Below, piece after piece: positions 62,398-64,000 of a stretch of DNA of 64,000 bases. A model generated the notes under the pieces. The model did not search any database. It had not been told where the DNA came from and worked only from the letters and a program-made list of their open reading frames with translations. The DNA is from Malacoraja senta (Eukaryota). Positions within the stretch are counted from its first letter, which is position 1; the number at the start of each line of letters is the position of its first letter. The stretch spans positions 1 through 64,000 of the forward strand of contig JAXLNO010000687.1 of the NCBI GenBank assembly GCA_038087875.1, read 5' to 3'. Made by a program: the position numbers and the translations under genes.

Positions 62398-63378
62398 TCT
62401 GACTTAGTTGGAGACTTTTCTTTTCACAAAGAATTATTACATTTTCCCCACTTCCCCCATTTATTCCTTCATGTAATAATTTAGTGCCCACTCGCGATTA
62501 GCTCCATAAATCTGGATCACAAGCATATTCTAATCATATCGCAGCAGCAGATGGTGCATTAACATCCAGCTAACGGCTGCAGAGTGTGATTTTTATTTCA
62601 TCCAAGGTAATCAATAACACGTTACCACATACCAGCAAAGGGATTTTACATTAGATTTACAAATCTAATTAAGATATATCTATTTTCAGGTTTACAAGCA
62701 TGACGAGTGTATTTCTGAGCAGCGAAAGAAACCGTCAACATGGCTTTAGTTTCATAAAATTCAATGGAGCTAAACAAATAGCTAATTGTCTGAAGTTTGC
62801 CGATCATTCCTCAGAGGCCCAGTACAGAATATATATTACAATGAAGATAGACACAAAATGCTGGAGTAACTCAGCAAGTAATTCAGTCTGAAGAAGAGTC
62901 TCGACCTGAAACGTCACCCATTCCTTTTCTCCAGAGATGCTCCCTGTCCCGCTGAGTTACTCCAGAATTTTGTGTTTATCTTCGATTTAAACCAGCATCT
63001 GCAGTTCTTTCCTACATATATTACAATGAACTAGTCCAGCATGCAGCAAAAAACAAAGTGCTGGAGCTACTCGGCGGGCCAGGCAGCATCTGTGGAGCAT
63101 AAAGGGCAGACGACATTTCAGGTTGTGATCTTGCCCCAGCTGAAGAAGATTCCCAACCTGAAACATTGCTGTCTGTCCCTTTTACTCCACAGATTTTACT
63201 TTAATAATAATAATGAATTTTATTTACGGGCGCCTTATACCGAGGTCTCAAGGACACCTTACAGAGATTTATAGGAAACATATAATCAGAATTTAAAAAA
63301 TAAGTTATAAAGACCAATACACAAATCAGGGACAGAATTCCTTCCAAAAAGACAAAAAAAGAAAATCAGAAGCACAAT

Positions 63379-63530
63379 TTGACTTTAGACTGTAGATACA
63401 GCATGGAAACAGAACCTTTGTCCCACCGTGTCCGCACTGACCATCGATCACCGAGTACACTAATTCTATTCTACACACTAGAGATAATTTACAGAAGTCA
63501 ATTAACCTACAAACCTGCATATCTTTGGGA
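63379..63530 (-). mobile_element. V-SINE 3' half
   Basis: (TCTAAAG)-like tail and the SINE 3' region on the minus strand. Confidence 0.75.
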
Positions 63531-64000
63531 TGCGCCTGACCTACTAACTTCCACCACCACTTTGTTTTTGATCCAGATTCCAGCATCTGCAGTCTTTGTT
63601 CATGTTCCATGTTCAATACGCATCCTGAGAGCATCTGGCAAGAATCACTTTAGATTTCTTTACAATAAATAACATGGATTGATGACGACTGTTTGGTATT
63701 GAATTAAGTTTATCCTAAGCTGGTGATCTGGAATATAAAAGCGGGACCATTCCAAATCATAAACAGCATGGCAAAACAAACAGTAAAAATGGAAAACCAG
63801 ACGGTACCTCTCTGTGCAAGTTTTACACATGGACTTGTGCCCTTGAGCATGGGACTAGTAACTTAGAGTTAATGCTGACAGTTTGGCGATGTGTACTGAG
63901 ATCTATGACTAGCAAAGACTCCCCCACCCTCAATTATGTGAAGGAAAAATTCACGGTAGGAGTTGTAAAATTGAATGTAATATGAACTGGAATGATATTT

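Noticed and set aside
62690..62891. Possible TBC1D2B exon 9 after ttttcag at about 62689
   Set aside because: Translation does not resemble the expected (S)EYDIYGF...; the ORF runs into a repeat. Exon 9 appears to lie beyond the window.
6678..63015. Recurrent palindromic repeat of about 30 bp resembling CRISPR repeats or terminators
   Set aside because: Eukaryotic context, irregular spacing, both orientations and no spacers or cas genes; it is the Penelope terminal-repeat motif.

Overview
Eukaryotic (vertebrate) genomic DNA, most likely a cartilaginous fish such as a skate or ray. This is inferred from abundant HE1/V-SINE-like tRNA SINEs and CR1 LINEs. The window holds seven + strand coding exons of TBC1D2B (equivalent to exons 2-8: end of the PH domain and the coiled-coil region). 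All have canonical AG/GT sites and join into one open frame; exon 1 and the TBC-domain exons lie outside the window. The introns are dominated by mobile DNA: CR1, L1-clade, L2 and Rex1/Babar LINEs, Penelope-like (GIY-YIG) remnants, two full-length degenerate Tc1 transposons (one Passport-like), Harbinger-type and pogo-type MITEs, an unclassified TIR element with a 7-bp TSD, LTR remnants and SINEs. The most notable signal is roughly 35 copies of a 90-200 bp Penelope-terminal-repeat unit. It carries a minimal hammerhead-ribozyme core (CTGAAGA-A-stem II-GAAA-CG-TC), often sits as an inverted pair, and is often flanked by its own 8-15 bp target-site duplication, suggesting an independently mobilised ribozyme-bearing mini-retroelement. 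Most short ORFs in the supplied track are spurious or TE-derived. Boundaries of old repeats are approximate.
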